NCBI RefSeq assembly: GCF_009914755.1 | Contig: NC_060935.1 | Direction: 5' to 3' (one strand) | Length of the DNA: 64,000 nucleotides | From: the human T2T-CHM13v2.0 reference genome, Homo sapiens | Shown: one piece after another, positions 1 through 12,728 of the stretch | Numbering within the stretch: position 1 is the first letter of the stretch | Layout of the letters: every line of letters begins with the position of its first letter | Notes under the pieces: generated by a model | Databases searched by the model: none | Told to the model about the DNA's origin: nothing | What the model saw: only the letters and a program-made list of their open reading frames with translations | Program-made: the position numbers and the translations under genes

Positions 1-504
1 GCTGGGAAGGGCCACTTCAGATCTGGCACTCAAAGGGGCCTTCAAGGCTTGCTCAAATGCCATCTCCTCCATGAATCTTCCTCAGATCTCAAAGCAACTT
101 CACCCCCATTGCACCAACTCAGGGGAGGAAATAGCTCAAATTGCAAAGCCCATGAGGTGTGGGCTCAGAGGGAAGAGTTGCTGCTTCAGTGAAGGAAGGA
201 GAGAATCAGTGGGGAGCAGCTGCTAATGGGAAGCAGGGAGATTCCTGAATTGGAGGCACAGATGGGGAGCAAGGCTCAAGTCAGGGGGCTTCGATCTTAA
301 AAGGAAGAGGAAAGGAAAAATACAGACACAGCTTTACCTGCTCACATGCCCATCTACACATGCCACACAAATACATATTGCTACGCACTCCTCTACTCAT
401 ACGTATATGCACAGGCTCTCACACAAACACGCACACAGACAGATCAAAAGGCAATCATATATTCAATGCATATACAAGGTTGCACTTAGACATGCACATC
501 ACAT

Positions 505-505
<1 letters not shown>

Positions 506-537
<32 letters not shown>
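506..537. repeat. (CA)16 microsatellite
   Basis: Read directly. Confidence 0.95.
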
Positions 538-540
<3 letters not shown>

Positions 541-831
541 CTCAGGCTCGGGATGGGGTGAAGGAGGTCACATTTCCTGCCTTCACAGCTTTTTGGAACA
601 AATATCAGTATAGATATCAGCATAAAAACCAGGCAATTTCCCAGACCACAGAGGAGAACTTGTGGTGTGTAGAAAAGAGCCGCAATTTCCAATCCTGTAC
701 CAGACTGACTACAGAAGTTCTGTGTGGCCTTACGCAACACCTTTCCTCTTCTGAGCCTCAGTTTTGTCATTACTAAAAAATGGATCTTTCTAGCTCTGCA
801 GCATATAGTTCTATGGTTTAATTCAATGAGG

Positions 832-968
832 CTGGATGGATGAGTGGGTAGGTGGATAGATGAATGGGTGCAGGATGGGTTGGGGGAGGGATGGTGGATG
901 GATGGGTGGGTGGATGGTGGGTGGATAGGTAGATGGGTGGCTGGGTGGGTGGGTAGATGGATAGATGG
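832..968. repeat. Degenerate (GGAT/GGGT)n tetranucleotide repeat
   Basis: Read directly. Confidence 0.9.
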
Positions 969-1023
969 AGCCTTTCTGCTCTCTCCAGCTCCACCTGCAG
1001 CTCTGTAGTCCAAGGTAAGGCCA

Positions 1024-1044
1024 GTCAGCACCACAGACAGCACC
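1024..1044 (+). promoter_or_regulatory. RE1/NRSE (REST) motif
   Basis: GTCAGCACCACAGACAGCACC: 18/21 to TTCAGCACCACGGACAGCGCC and an exact match to NTYAGMRCCNNRGMSAG. Confidence 0.65.
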
Positions 1045-2706
1045 ATTACCACGGACTTATCTTTCATTCACCCCAGGTACCAAGAAAGGGGAGCCTGTTC
1101 TGAGTCAGGCCTCCTCTGAAGCCAGGGTTGGGGCTCAGCCGTGGGCTAGATCTGCATTTCTGCACTTATCTGGGGAGAGGAGAGGGTCTGGACTAAATTA
1201 CTTCTAACTCATTCTTAAAGCCTAAGATTCTATGAAACCAGAGACCTTGGTCTTATCCCCTTTGGAGCCACAAGCACAAGACCAACGCCCTTCCTGAGGG
1301 TTGGGGTCGCTGCCATAAGATCTTTCCTGTTTCATCTTCATGAGTCTCTATGCCTTTCCCCATCTCCACAGGTCCTCCTATGGCTCACCCCACTGCCTGG
1401 CACTGGCTCCATGCCTCCTTCTCTGGAAGGAAGCCTCACAGTGCCCCTCACACTGGCCTACAGGAAGGCAATAACATCAAACTCAAGAGTCAAGTACCTC
1501 CCAAGGTCCGGCTGTGCTCTTGGGACTGTCCGTTCACACTGATTCATGCAACTCTGCTTGTGTTAGGTCCTCTGTGAGGCCCTCCTCTCTCTCTGGGCCT
1601 TGGTGTCCCCTTCTGTAAAGGGAAGGGTCCTTCTAGATCCCCCAGGACCTCGGAGCCCTCTCATTCTCTGTCCATCATCCCTTCCCTTCCTTTCGGGTGG
1701 ACCTCCCTGCCTTCCTCCCTGCCTCCCCCGGCCGACGTCCACCTCTGTCCCAGGCTGCACTCCTGTTCCTCTCCAGGAGTCTTGACGTCTTTTCCCACCT
1801 CCGCGTCCTCTCTTCCTCTCATAGCTTCTCCTCCCACTCTCCATCTCTCTCCTGCATACTTCCTGCCCCCACCTACTCCTGTGTCTCCAGCCCACTCCTC
1901 CCACAAACCTCCAAATAGTCACCTTGAGAACACTGGGAGAAAGCACCTAACTCAAGAGAAGCGCCCACAGAATGGGAAACCCAGGAAGGCAGCTAGAGGG
2001 GAAACAGGGGGTGCCAGGCAAGTGTCATCTACGCCTCTTTTGCTTCCTGCCTCCTGTTCCGGTGGGCAATATACACAGCCTCTTATCTTCCCAGAGGACA
2101 GGGCCCTTCAAGAGCACAGGAGAACGTATCGACCTCTGTGCCTAGCATGGGTCTGGCACTAGCAAGCACAGCCGCCCAGTCAGGGTGACTGGCAGAACTG
2201 CCCCAAAGGAGGCATCCTGTAGGCTCAGACCAGAGAAGCCCACTTCAGCTGAGCCTCGGCCCCTGGCCTCAGCCCAGCACCCAAGCTGACTCTATGCCTC
2301 CTCGCAGCCTTACAGCACCCCCAGCCTGCAGAGTCAGAGACAAGAAAGCAGAACAAGGCGGTTCCTCCTCCTTCCTCCCCACACACCCACGCCTGCCACC
2401 TGGCCAAGGAGACGCCTCTCAAAGACACTGGTGCCTTGGATGTGCAAAGAGGAACTGCCTGTGAGTGCGAAGATCTTGCAGCCCCAGACTTCTCTCAATG
2501 AGGCTGAGCTGGATCAGGGTGAGGAGAATAGAGGAAAGAGGCTTGGCAACCCTTGGGAGGCTTAGTCTGAAGGAGGAGGCAAGACAGAGACCCAGAACGC
2601 AGCTGAACTAGCCCAACTGTCAGTGTCATGCTTGAGTGAGGCATCAGGCTTTGAGGAGGGGAAGGTACCTTTCCCAAGCACCTCCTGTGGCTAGAGGTTT
2701 CCACCA

Positions 2707-2891
2707 GCCGTTCCCCAATTTTCATGTGCACCAGAACCACCCAGAGTGCTTGTTAAAGTGCAGATTGCTGGCCCCACCCCCAGGGTTTCTGATACAGTAG
2801 GTCTGGGACGAGGTCCAAGAACTTGCGTTTCCAAACATTCCTAGATGACACTGATGCTGCTGGTCGGGGGACCACACCTCGAGACCCACTG
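2707..2891. mobile_element. MER5A hAT-Charlie DNA transposon
   Basis: GCTTGTTAAAGTGCAGATTGCTGGCCCCACCCCCAG...TGATGCTGCTGGTC...ACCACAC..GAGACCCACTG, about 185 bp. Confidence 0.85.
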
Positions 2892-3278
2892 ACACTATCT
2901 TGGATCCTCCTACAAGCCCAAGAGGTGCCTGTTTGGGTCATCCCATTGTACAGGTGAAGAGGCTAAGGACTGGAGGGGAGGGGCCTTGCTCAGGTGAGAA
3001 CAGCCAATGAGGGGACGCCCCAGGGAAGGTCCCAATGGAGGGGAGAGGCTGGGGGTGGAAGGACAGAGGGAGACTAGTGGTGGGGAGATATGGATAACAA
3101 GGCAGTATGGACGGGGCCACTCGCAGCGCAGGAGCCCAGTCTTAAAGGAGGGACCTGCCAGAGACCTTTCCTCCTCCCTCTTTCTCTTCCTCCCCTCCCT
3201 CCTCTACTTACCCCCTCCCGCTCCATGCCCCCATCCCTCCACCCTCCTGCCCACCCTTCGCAGACTCCGGCTTCAGTT

Positions 3279-3346
3279 GTTACTCCAACAGGGCCGCGTC
3301 TCCAGCCTCCGAGCCACACTGGAGACACGTGCACTGTAGAATACAC
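3279..3346 (-). ncRNA. MIR139: pre-miR-139 (5p 3318-3340 UCUACAGUGCACGUGUCUCCAGU; 3p 3282-3304 UGGAGACGCGGCCCUGUUGGAGU)
   Basis: Reverse complement is GTGTATTCTACAGTGCACGTGTCTCCAGTGTGGCTCGGAGGCTGGAGACGCGGCCCTGTTGGAGTAAC, the known hairpin; arms pair; sense to PDE2A. Confidence 0.98.
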
Positions 3347-6300
3347 CTGAGCCAGTCCCAGTGCCTCCCAAGGGTGTCCCCGTCCACAGGAGCCTGACCC
3401 CACACTGTTGGCTCCTCCCTTCCAGCGCCCACAACCAGCTCCGCCCTGGCCTCTCGCCCTTCCCAAGCCAGTCCCAGCTTCTATTCCAGCTCCTGCCTCC
3501 TCCAAAATGACCTCCCGGTTGTCCCCCGCACCCTTGGATCCATCAGGAGCTAGGTTTGGGGGTGGATGAAGGAATGGGAAGAGGGAAAGAGCAGGAGAAG
3601 GCAGGCAAGAGTTGCCTGCACGATCAGTTCCCTGAGGGCCTGACTCACTGGAATCACCTCAGTCCCTCACCCAGAGTCTGGAGTCAGGAAAGGAGGGAAC
3701 AGTCAGAGTGGGTAGAGGGAGGGAGGCAGGAGCTGAGTGTGGGGAGGGGGAGGATGGCCCTGCAAGGCAGACATCAGATCAAGCGGGGCAGAGCCAGCTC
3801 AGGTCTCCTCCCACCCCCTCCCACCTTCAGCTGCTTCATCTACAGGGAAGAACCGAGAGTGGTCCCATTTCTGCTGCCCACATTCTCCTGGACACCACAA
3901 ACTTCCTCCCAAACACATCACAGCATCCCCCTCTCCATGCCATCACAGTCATCCTGGTCACCTGGCATTCTAGCTATCCTTGTCCTCTGGCCTGGGGCCC
4001 ACGAGGCAGCTCGCGGCAGTCACAAGGAGGCAGATTTGGGCACACTGTGAATCAGAGTCGCGCCACAAAAGAGAGCCTGAGCAGGATGGATGAGGGGGCT
4101 CCTAGTCCCCAAGGGTGTGCAAGCAAGGGCCAAGGCCCTGCCACCAGGGAGCCTGTGCCCTGAGAAAGGCCCCTGGTGAGGTGGCAGGCCTCCAGCTCTG
4201 AGTTTGGTGACCCTGAATGTCTGTACACCCTCCTCAGCCTCACCCCCTCAGGGTGGGTTGGGAGCTGAGCAAAGCAAGTCCAGGAGCCTCCAAGAGGCAG
4301 GCATGGTGGCTCAAGCAGGAGAGGAGGAGGACGCTGAGTGTCCCGCTGGGTCAGTGTCAGAAGAGAGTTTACATCCTTCAGGAAATGATGGCCAAAGGAA
4401 TAATTGAATGGGTGGATGGATGAATGACGAATGAATGAATGAAGTGATCTCCCTTCTCTGGATCCCCTCCAGGGAGAGTCTGTTGTTGTTCTCTCTCCAG
4501 GCAAGTCTGACCCTCCCACCTGGGGCTCCCACTGCCCCCCTTTCCCCCACCATGGCATGCACTGTGTGCATCAATGCAGTGCCACCCTTTCCCGTCTGGC
4601 TCCCACAACAGACTGGGAGCTTTTGGAGGGCAGAGATTGTGTCCTGCCCCTCTCCGGGTCTCCAGCATTACCCAGCCCCTCATAGGTGTTGGTAGGTGTT
4701 TGCTGAGCTGTAAATGACTGGGTAAACTCCTGTGTGCCCAGGACTACTGTACTGTGAGGGCTACATGCCATCAGGGAGAAGAGGGGTGTGGAGGAAGGAT
4801 CTAGGCAGGGGAGATAGCTGAGACCTCTCAAAGCCTCCCCAGTCTGGCACAGTTACAGTCTCAGAGAAGGAGCCTGAGGAATGGGGTGTCTCCTACTGAG
4901 AGCCTTTGGCAACCTCTCCCAGGCACCTCTGCAGGCCGGGAGGCCCTTTGTGCTTCAGGATCATCTCCACGTGCAGACCGGGTGGGGGCAGCAGGTCAGG
5001 ATGGAGGGCTCTTCCCCAAGAGGAGCACTGTCACTATCACCTTCTTTCATGAGTGAGGACACCTCCTCCAGGAAGCCTTCCTGCGTGGTCACCTGTCCCC
5101 CTCCCAGGCCTTCTGAGAATTCCCAGGGACCAGGGGCTACAGGGCCTCAGGCCTCATGTAGTCCAATCCCAAGCTTGATGGGGTAGACTAAGGCCAGAGG
5201 AGGCAGGGAAGGATTCACCCAGGCTCTCATCTGGAGCCAGGAGACCCATGCTTCAGCCCAGCCCTTTGGGCCACACTAGGACACCTTGTCCCAGAGTCCT
5301 GCTTGTCTTTGGGGCCCCTCTAATACCTGCCTTGGCCAGGGGATGGGCTGAGCCCTCTCAGATGTCGGGTAAGGCTGAGTATCTGCCTCCAGGCCAGAGA
5401 CTGGGTCTCTTATGTCCTCACTGTGCCCATTGTGTGTGGGAGGTAAATGCTGAAGGAGGCGGCCTGGCCTAGGGTTAGTGTGGGCCTGCAGAGGGCGGGG
5501 AGGAAGGGCCAGCCTGGGGTAGGGCTGGTGGGGTGGATGGCGGGAGGCAAGCCCAGCCATGCTGGTCTTCTTAGGGACAAGATAGAGAGCAGGGCACAGA
5601 GGCTGGCTGCCCGGTGATGCCTGCCCTGGGGCTCTCCCTGACTGTCCCAGCGTGTTTTCTCCCTGCCTCTCAGCCTCCCTGGGCGCTCTCTCTGTGCCTG
5701 GCCACCTCTCTCTGTCTGTGCTCTGCGGCATGTGTGTATCCCACAGCCTCCCGCTGCTTTGTCCTATGACTGTATTTGGCTCTCTCAACAGAGCTTGGCC
5801 CATCCCAGCTGTTCCCCAAACCCCAGGGGGAGGGGGAAAGTGGAAGTATGAGAAAGAGAGACAGGGACAGAACAAGTACCAATTCAGAAGCAGAGGGATA
5901 GACATAAGAGCCGGTAGGGAACCCCAGGGACAGGCGGAGGCTGGAGAGGCAGGGCTGGCTGGGGAAGCCCCTGAGGAGAAGTCCCTGAAGACCAAGGCAG
6001 AGTTGGGAGAAGAGCGGGGTCCACCCTCTTCCTCTGCACTGACTCCTGCCCCCTTTCCCTCTCTCTGCCCCTGCAGGAATGTGTGAGCACTTTTATTGTT
6101 CCTAAAAATAGCCTTTCTCTTTGGGGGGTTGGGATAAGCAATCTTCTGAGTGGGGTCCGTCTGGGGCACGCCTGCCCTCCGGGGTCCCAGCCACCATGCT
6201 CCCCAGGGCCGGGGTCTCTCAGCTCCTCTCTCCCAGCGCAGTGCTTTGTTAAACATAAATGTGACCCTGTCCCTCCCTTGCACAAGACTGTCATAGCTCC

Positions 6301-9300
6301 TGGGAACACCCCCTCCCCTCCTCCAGAGTGACAGGCTCCGAGCAAAGTGCTCAGCACACAGCCTGGAGCAGGGCTCGTGGTCACCTTACCTCATCAAGGA
6401 GCTGAGGGTGAGGAGCTGCTCGCTCCCTCCATCCAGGCACTGCCTGCTCTGGCCTCAGGCCTCTTCGCAGCGCCCCAGTCTGATTCCCTGCACCCCTCCA
6501 GCCTCCCCACTCCCAGCCTTTGCTCCTCCGTTTCCTGCACTGTGGTGTCCTCTCTTCTCTCCTGCTCTTCCTGCTCTGGCCCTCCAGAAACCCCCAGCCC
6601 TCTCCCCTGGTCTTGTCCTCCCCCTATCACTGGGACTCTCATCCTTCTCCCGTCCCCCTCACAGAGCAAGCAAGGGGCTGAGCCACAGGGCCCTGGGCAG
6701 GTGGGGCACCAAGGCACAGAGCCCTCCTCCAGTGAGGGAGAGAGTTGGCGGAGACATGGCAGGCTCTGGGGCCCCACGCACTCCCCTGAACCCAGACCTT
6801 CTTTGCCCCCCTTCATGTGCCCTCCCCAGCTTTGGTTGTCTTTTCTGGACCCCGGGCCTGAGTCTCTGTCTCTCTAATCAGTCTCCAGGAGAAAGCCCAT
6901 CCAGTCTCATCTCCTTCCCACCTCCATTTTTCAGATGAGAGAGCCAAGCCCCAGAGAGGGGAGGCGATGGGCCTACGAGCCCATGGGACGCTGGCCATGG
7001 GCCTTGGTCACTCTGCCTCATTACACAGTCCCGGTCAGTGGGGCCACAGGGGCTGAGGCAGGCTGTCATACAGCCCACCTCCCAAAACAGCCCACCTCTC
7101 CACCCAGCCCGCCAGGCAGGCAGGCTGACATCCAGAGTTATTTTCCTTTGAAGGGCCCAGGAAGCCAGAGAACAAACATCCGGAGTCTCTGGAATCTCTC
7201 CTACTTTCCTTCCTCACATCCCGAGGATCTGGGAGCCAGCATGAGCATGCACACAGCGTGCGCACACACACACACACACACGCACACACTGGGCTGGGTA
7301 AATATGTCAGCCTGGGATATCTTGTGGGACTGTTGTGAATCTGTGGGTGCCTTAGAACCCCAAAGCCTTGAAAAGATGATGATGCCCTCCCACCAGACCC
7401 TCGGACCCTCTATACAATTCAAACTAAATTTTATCTTGGAAATGAAAATTAAAATAGTTTTTGTGTGGTTTTTCTGATTGCAAAATTCTGGATACACTCA
7501 TCAGAACTGACCTCTCCTCTCACTCTGTGCAGAACTCCCGCTTTGCTGGGGACCTAAGCATGTGTGCAGCCTGCCCATTAATGGTCCATAGTGGCGAGCC
7601 CCTACGGACCATCACATCATCATGGCAGACTATGTTCCCTGGGTCACTGGGAGAATTTCCTTGTGAAAGTATGTAGGTCTGTGTCTCTGTAGGAATCTGT
7701 AACCCACATGGGTCGTGAGAGTGTAAACATGTGTGAGTACCCTGTGTCTATGTGTGTGCACTGGCCATCTGCACGTGGGAGTGACCATGTGGGCCTGCAT
7801 CTATGCATATGTGATTCAGGTCATTGATGTCCATGTGACAGTGGTATAGTCAGTATGTGGCTGTCTGGGGGGCTGTGAATGCGCTGGTGGTTAGTCTTGT
7901 CTCCAAATGAGTGAGTGAACGTGTGGCTGAGAGTGGTGGAATCTGAGAGGGTCTAATTCTCCTCCTCTGCGCACCCCTGTCACTTCTCCCATCGCCTCCC
8001 TCAGATGCGGGCTCATCTGCCTGCCCTGCCACACACCACATGTACTGGACAAGTCTTTGGACCTTCCTGGGCTCAGTTCCTCATCCGTAAAATGGTCTCT
8101 TCCCCCAGAGCTGCTGAGAAGATTAAGCTGAGCCATCAAACCTTGCCTAAGCTGACTCCCAGCAGGGGGCTGGGGCCACCTGTGTGCACATTAGAAAGGA
8201 GGGACCCCAATTCTCTGGGCAGATGCGGGCCTGAGGGGAAAGGCTTGGTGAGGGAGAGTGGGCTCAGTTTCAGCACCACCCCACCTCTGCTGGAGCTCCT
8301 GTGCAAGGTATAGCCTGCACGGTTAAGAGACTTTGGCCTTGCAGGTGACCAAGAAAGGGCAGCTTCCTTTCTTCCTGCCCCACCTTCAGGTGTGCAGCCT
8401 GGAACTAGAGGGTCTCTGATTATAGGACTGGGGTAGACACATTCCAGATGAGACTCAGAGGACACTTACCCCTCCTCACTTCCCTGGGGCCCTGTGCTCT
8501 CCACCTACCCCTCAGTGCTCCCTCCCCAAGGCCCAGGAGAAGGCCCCTCAGAAGCCACAAGGGGGACTGACCAGAGCTGGGATGCAGAGCTAGGCCAACT
8601 GGGGCCTCTGAGACTCCCCAGTTCCACTCCCATTTTTGGAAAGGGAGACTGAGGCCCAGAGAGTAGCAGGGACCCTCCCAGGAACACAAGCGAACCCAGG
8701 AAGTCCAGACTCCTGTTTCAAGGCCTCTGTAGTTGGGTTTGAGAAGACCCAAGCTTTGGACTCTGTTGGCTCCTGAAAGGAGCCCAAGGAAGTGGGTAAA
8801 GGTCCCAAAAGACAGGCACTTTGACACCTGTGCCTCAGCTGCGGGTATGGACTCCTATCCACCCCCACCCTCCCGACCGGGACCAGATCCCCTACTGGTG
8901 TGATTAACCAAATTATGGGGCTTTTTCTTGAGCAAATTGCATTGGCCTAATTGGATGAGGCTGCAGGAGCCTGGGCTGGAGGCTGATAGTGGTAAGGACG
9001 GCAGGGGAGAGGAGGGGGCAGGAGTGAGTGGGCAGGAGTGGGTATCGCTGACAACACCAAGCAGGGGACAGAAGTTGGGGGAGAGGGAGAGAGGAGGGCT
9101 GTGGGTGTAAGAGGACACCTCACTCAGCGCACCTTCACTGTGCTCCTACTGGTGCTCCTGTTATTTGGGGACCTGGGGTGCAGGTGTTGAGGTTGCTGCT
9201 CCCCAAGAGACCATAGAGTATTTACCAAGTGCCAGAGACTGCATGCATTGGAGCACTGCTTCATGCAATCCTCCTAAGAGCTCCCATTTTATACTTGAGG

Positions 9301-9977
9301 AAATTGAGGCTCAAGAGATAAAATGACCTGCTGAATGTCAGAGCCTAGACAGGGCTGTCTGACACCACAGGCCCTGCTCTTAATCAGCACCTACAACATC
9401 CTGCTGAAGTGCCCACATCCTGCCTCCAGGAAGCCTTCCTGGGTATTCAGAGAAGGGAGGAGCTCGCATCTGGGCACAGACACCATTTCTGTTCCCATTC
9501 AGTGTTTCTCCTCATCTACCCTACAATGTCCATGCTCCCTCCCATACTCAGCAGCTGAAGCTGGGGCTGAGCCCACTTGAATCACATGCAGCCCGGTCAC
9601 CTATAGCACAGCTTCAGTCCCTCTTACTCCCATGCAGAGTCCTGCACTGTGTCACACTCATCAACCAGGATGACACAAGAAGACATGACACCTGTGGCCT
9701 TCACACAGCAGGTCCCACCTGCTCGGTGACACACAGTCATTTCAGGGTCCACAGCGTCCCACTGTCCCATGTCACTGGGTGTCACAGGGCCACACACACA
9801 GTGATCTCTCACTGTCACCCTCACTTGGAGTCTCCCATATCTTCAGTGTTGCACCCATGTTCCCAAAGCCACCATGTCACCCTCACACAGCATCAGACAC
9901 AGTTCCACACTGGCTCTGTGTCACTGTTACATTTCAGCATCATCCAGGACCTCCTAGCCTTAAAAAACAAAAATCCA

Positions 9978-10052
9978 AAGTCACATCTATTTTAGAATTT
10001 GTCTAGCAGGTTTTTCAGTCTTCACCGGAAAGCTCCCCCCACCAAAAAAAAA
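9978..10052 (+). pseudogene. RNU7-105P: U7 snRNA processed pseudogene with short A tail
   Basis: TTTTAGAATTTGTCTAGCAGGTTTTTCAGTCTTCACCGGAAAGC resembles U7, with intact Sm site AATTTGTCTAG (9996-10006) and A9 tail. The copy number in the symbol is from memory and tentative. Confidence 0.85.
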
Positions 10053-10109
10053 GTCTACCTTTGGTGAAATGACATCATGTCTGGGATTTGCTTTAAAATA
10101 TTTCAGCGA

Positions 10110-11090
10110 AGCAACCTATGAAATGGGAGAAAAATATTTGCAAAGCTTTTATCTGATAAAGAGGTAATATCTGGAATATATAAAGAACCCCTGCAATTCA
10201 ATAACAACAAAAAAGCAAACAACCCAATGTTTTAAATGGGCAAAGGACTTGAATCAACATTTTCCCAAAGAAGATATACAAGTGGCCAACCAGCACATGA
10301 AAAGATGCTCAACTTCACTAATCATTAGGGAAATGCAAATCAAAACCACAATGAAATGTCACCCCACACCCATTAGGATGGCTACCATTAAAAAAATAAA
10401 AGAAAAAAAAGAACAGAAAATAACACATGTTGGCAAGGATGTGGAGAAACTGAAACCCCTGTACACTGTCCGTGGGAATGTAAAAAGATACAGAAAACAG
10501 TATGGCAGCTCCTCAAAAACCAAAAAATAGAATGACTGTGTGATCCAGCAAGCGTACTTCTAGGTATACATCTGAAAGAATTGGAAGCAGGATCTTGAAG
10601 AGATATTTGTACACTTATGTTCATAGCAGCATTACTCACAATAGCTAAAATGTGAAAGCAACCCAAGTGTCTGGTGTTGGATGGATGTGGTCTGTCCATA
10701 CACTGGAATATTATGTGGCCATAAAAAGGAAGGAAATCCTGTCACATGCTACAACATGGGTAAAACTTGAAGACGTTATGCTAAGTAAACTTAAAAACCA
10801 GTCACAAAAAGACAGATACTACATTATTCCAATTACTTGAGGTATCTAGAGTAGTCCAAGTCATAGAGACAGAAAGTAGAATGGTGGGTGCCAGGAGCTG
10901 GAGACAGAGGAGGATGGGGGCTGTCGTTTAATAGGTGCAGAGTTTCAGTTTGAGAAGATGAAAGAGTTCCAGAGATTGGTTGCAAAACAGTGTGAATGTA
11001 CCTACCACAACTGAACTGTACACTTAGAAATGGTTATGATGGTAAAGTTTAAGTTATGTATATTTTACCACAATTTAAAAAATTTTAAGC
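10110..11090 (+). mobile_element. L1 3' fragment (L1MB/L1MA-like): decayed ORF2 C-terminus and 3' UTR
   Basis: ORF 10249-10530 gives [29 protein letters not shown] (L1 ORF2 tail); typical 3' UTR ending TTTTACCACAATTTAAAAA; AT-rich. Confidence 0.92.
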
Positions 11091-11379
11091 TTAAGCAAAG
11101 GAAAATGAAAGAACAGATAGGGGGCAAGAGAGGAAGAAATGAGGCCAAATCCCAGCAACTGTTGAACTGGGGTGATGAGTATATGGCAGTTTCTTATATG
11201 CTTCTCTCTGGTATTGTGTCTGCTTAGAATCACCCATAATAAAAAAATGTAATCTCCCTTTCCAGCGATCATGTCCTTCTCTGCAGCCCTCACAGCCCAA
11301 CGTCTCCAAAGGGCTCTCCAGGCTAACGTCTTCACCTCCCTCACCATCCTACACAGGCCAGTCTGACTTCTGGCTCCAG

Positions 11380-12728
<1,349 letters not shown>

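Noticed and set aside
5276-6283. 335-aa minus-strand ORF
   Set aside because: No recognisable domain; composition is typical of GC-rich non-coding DNA.
9978-10110. Possible U7-L1 chimeric retrotranscript
   Set aside because: The U7 copy has its own A tail and is separated from the L1 body by what looks like an older L1 fragment; independent insertions are simpler.
10249-10840. ORFs resembling a real protein
   Set aside because: Decayed, frameshifted L1 ORF2 remnants.
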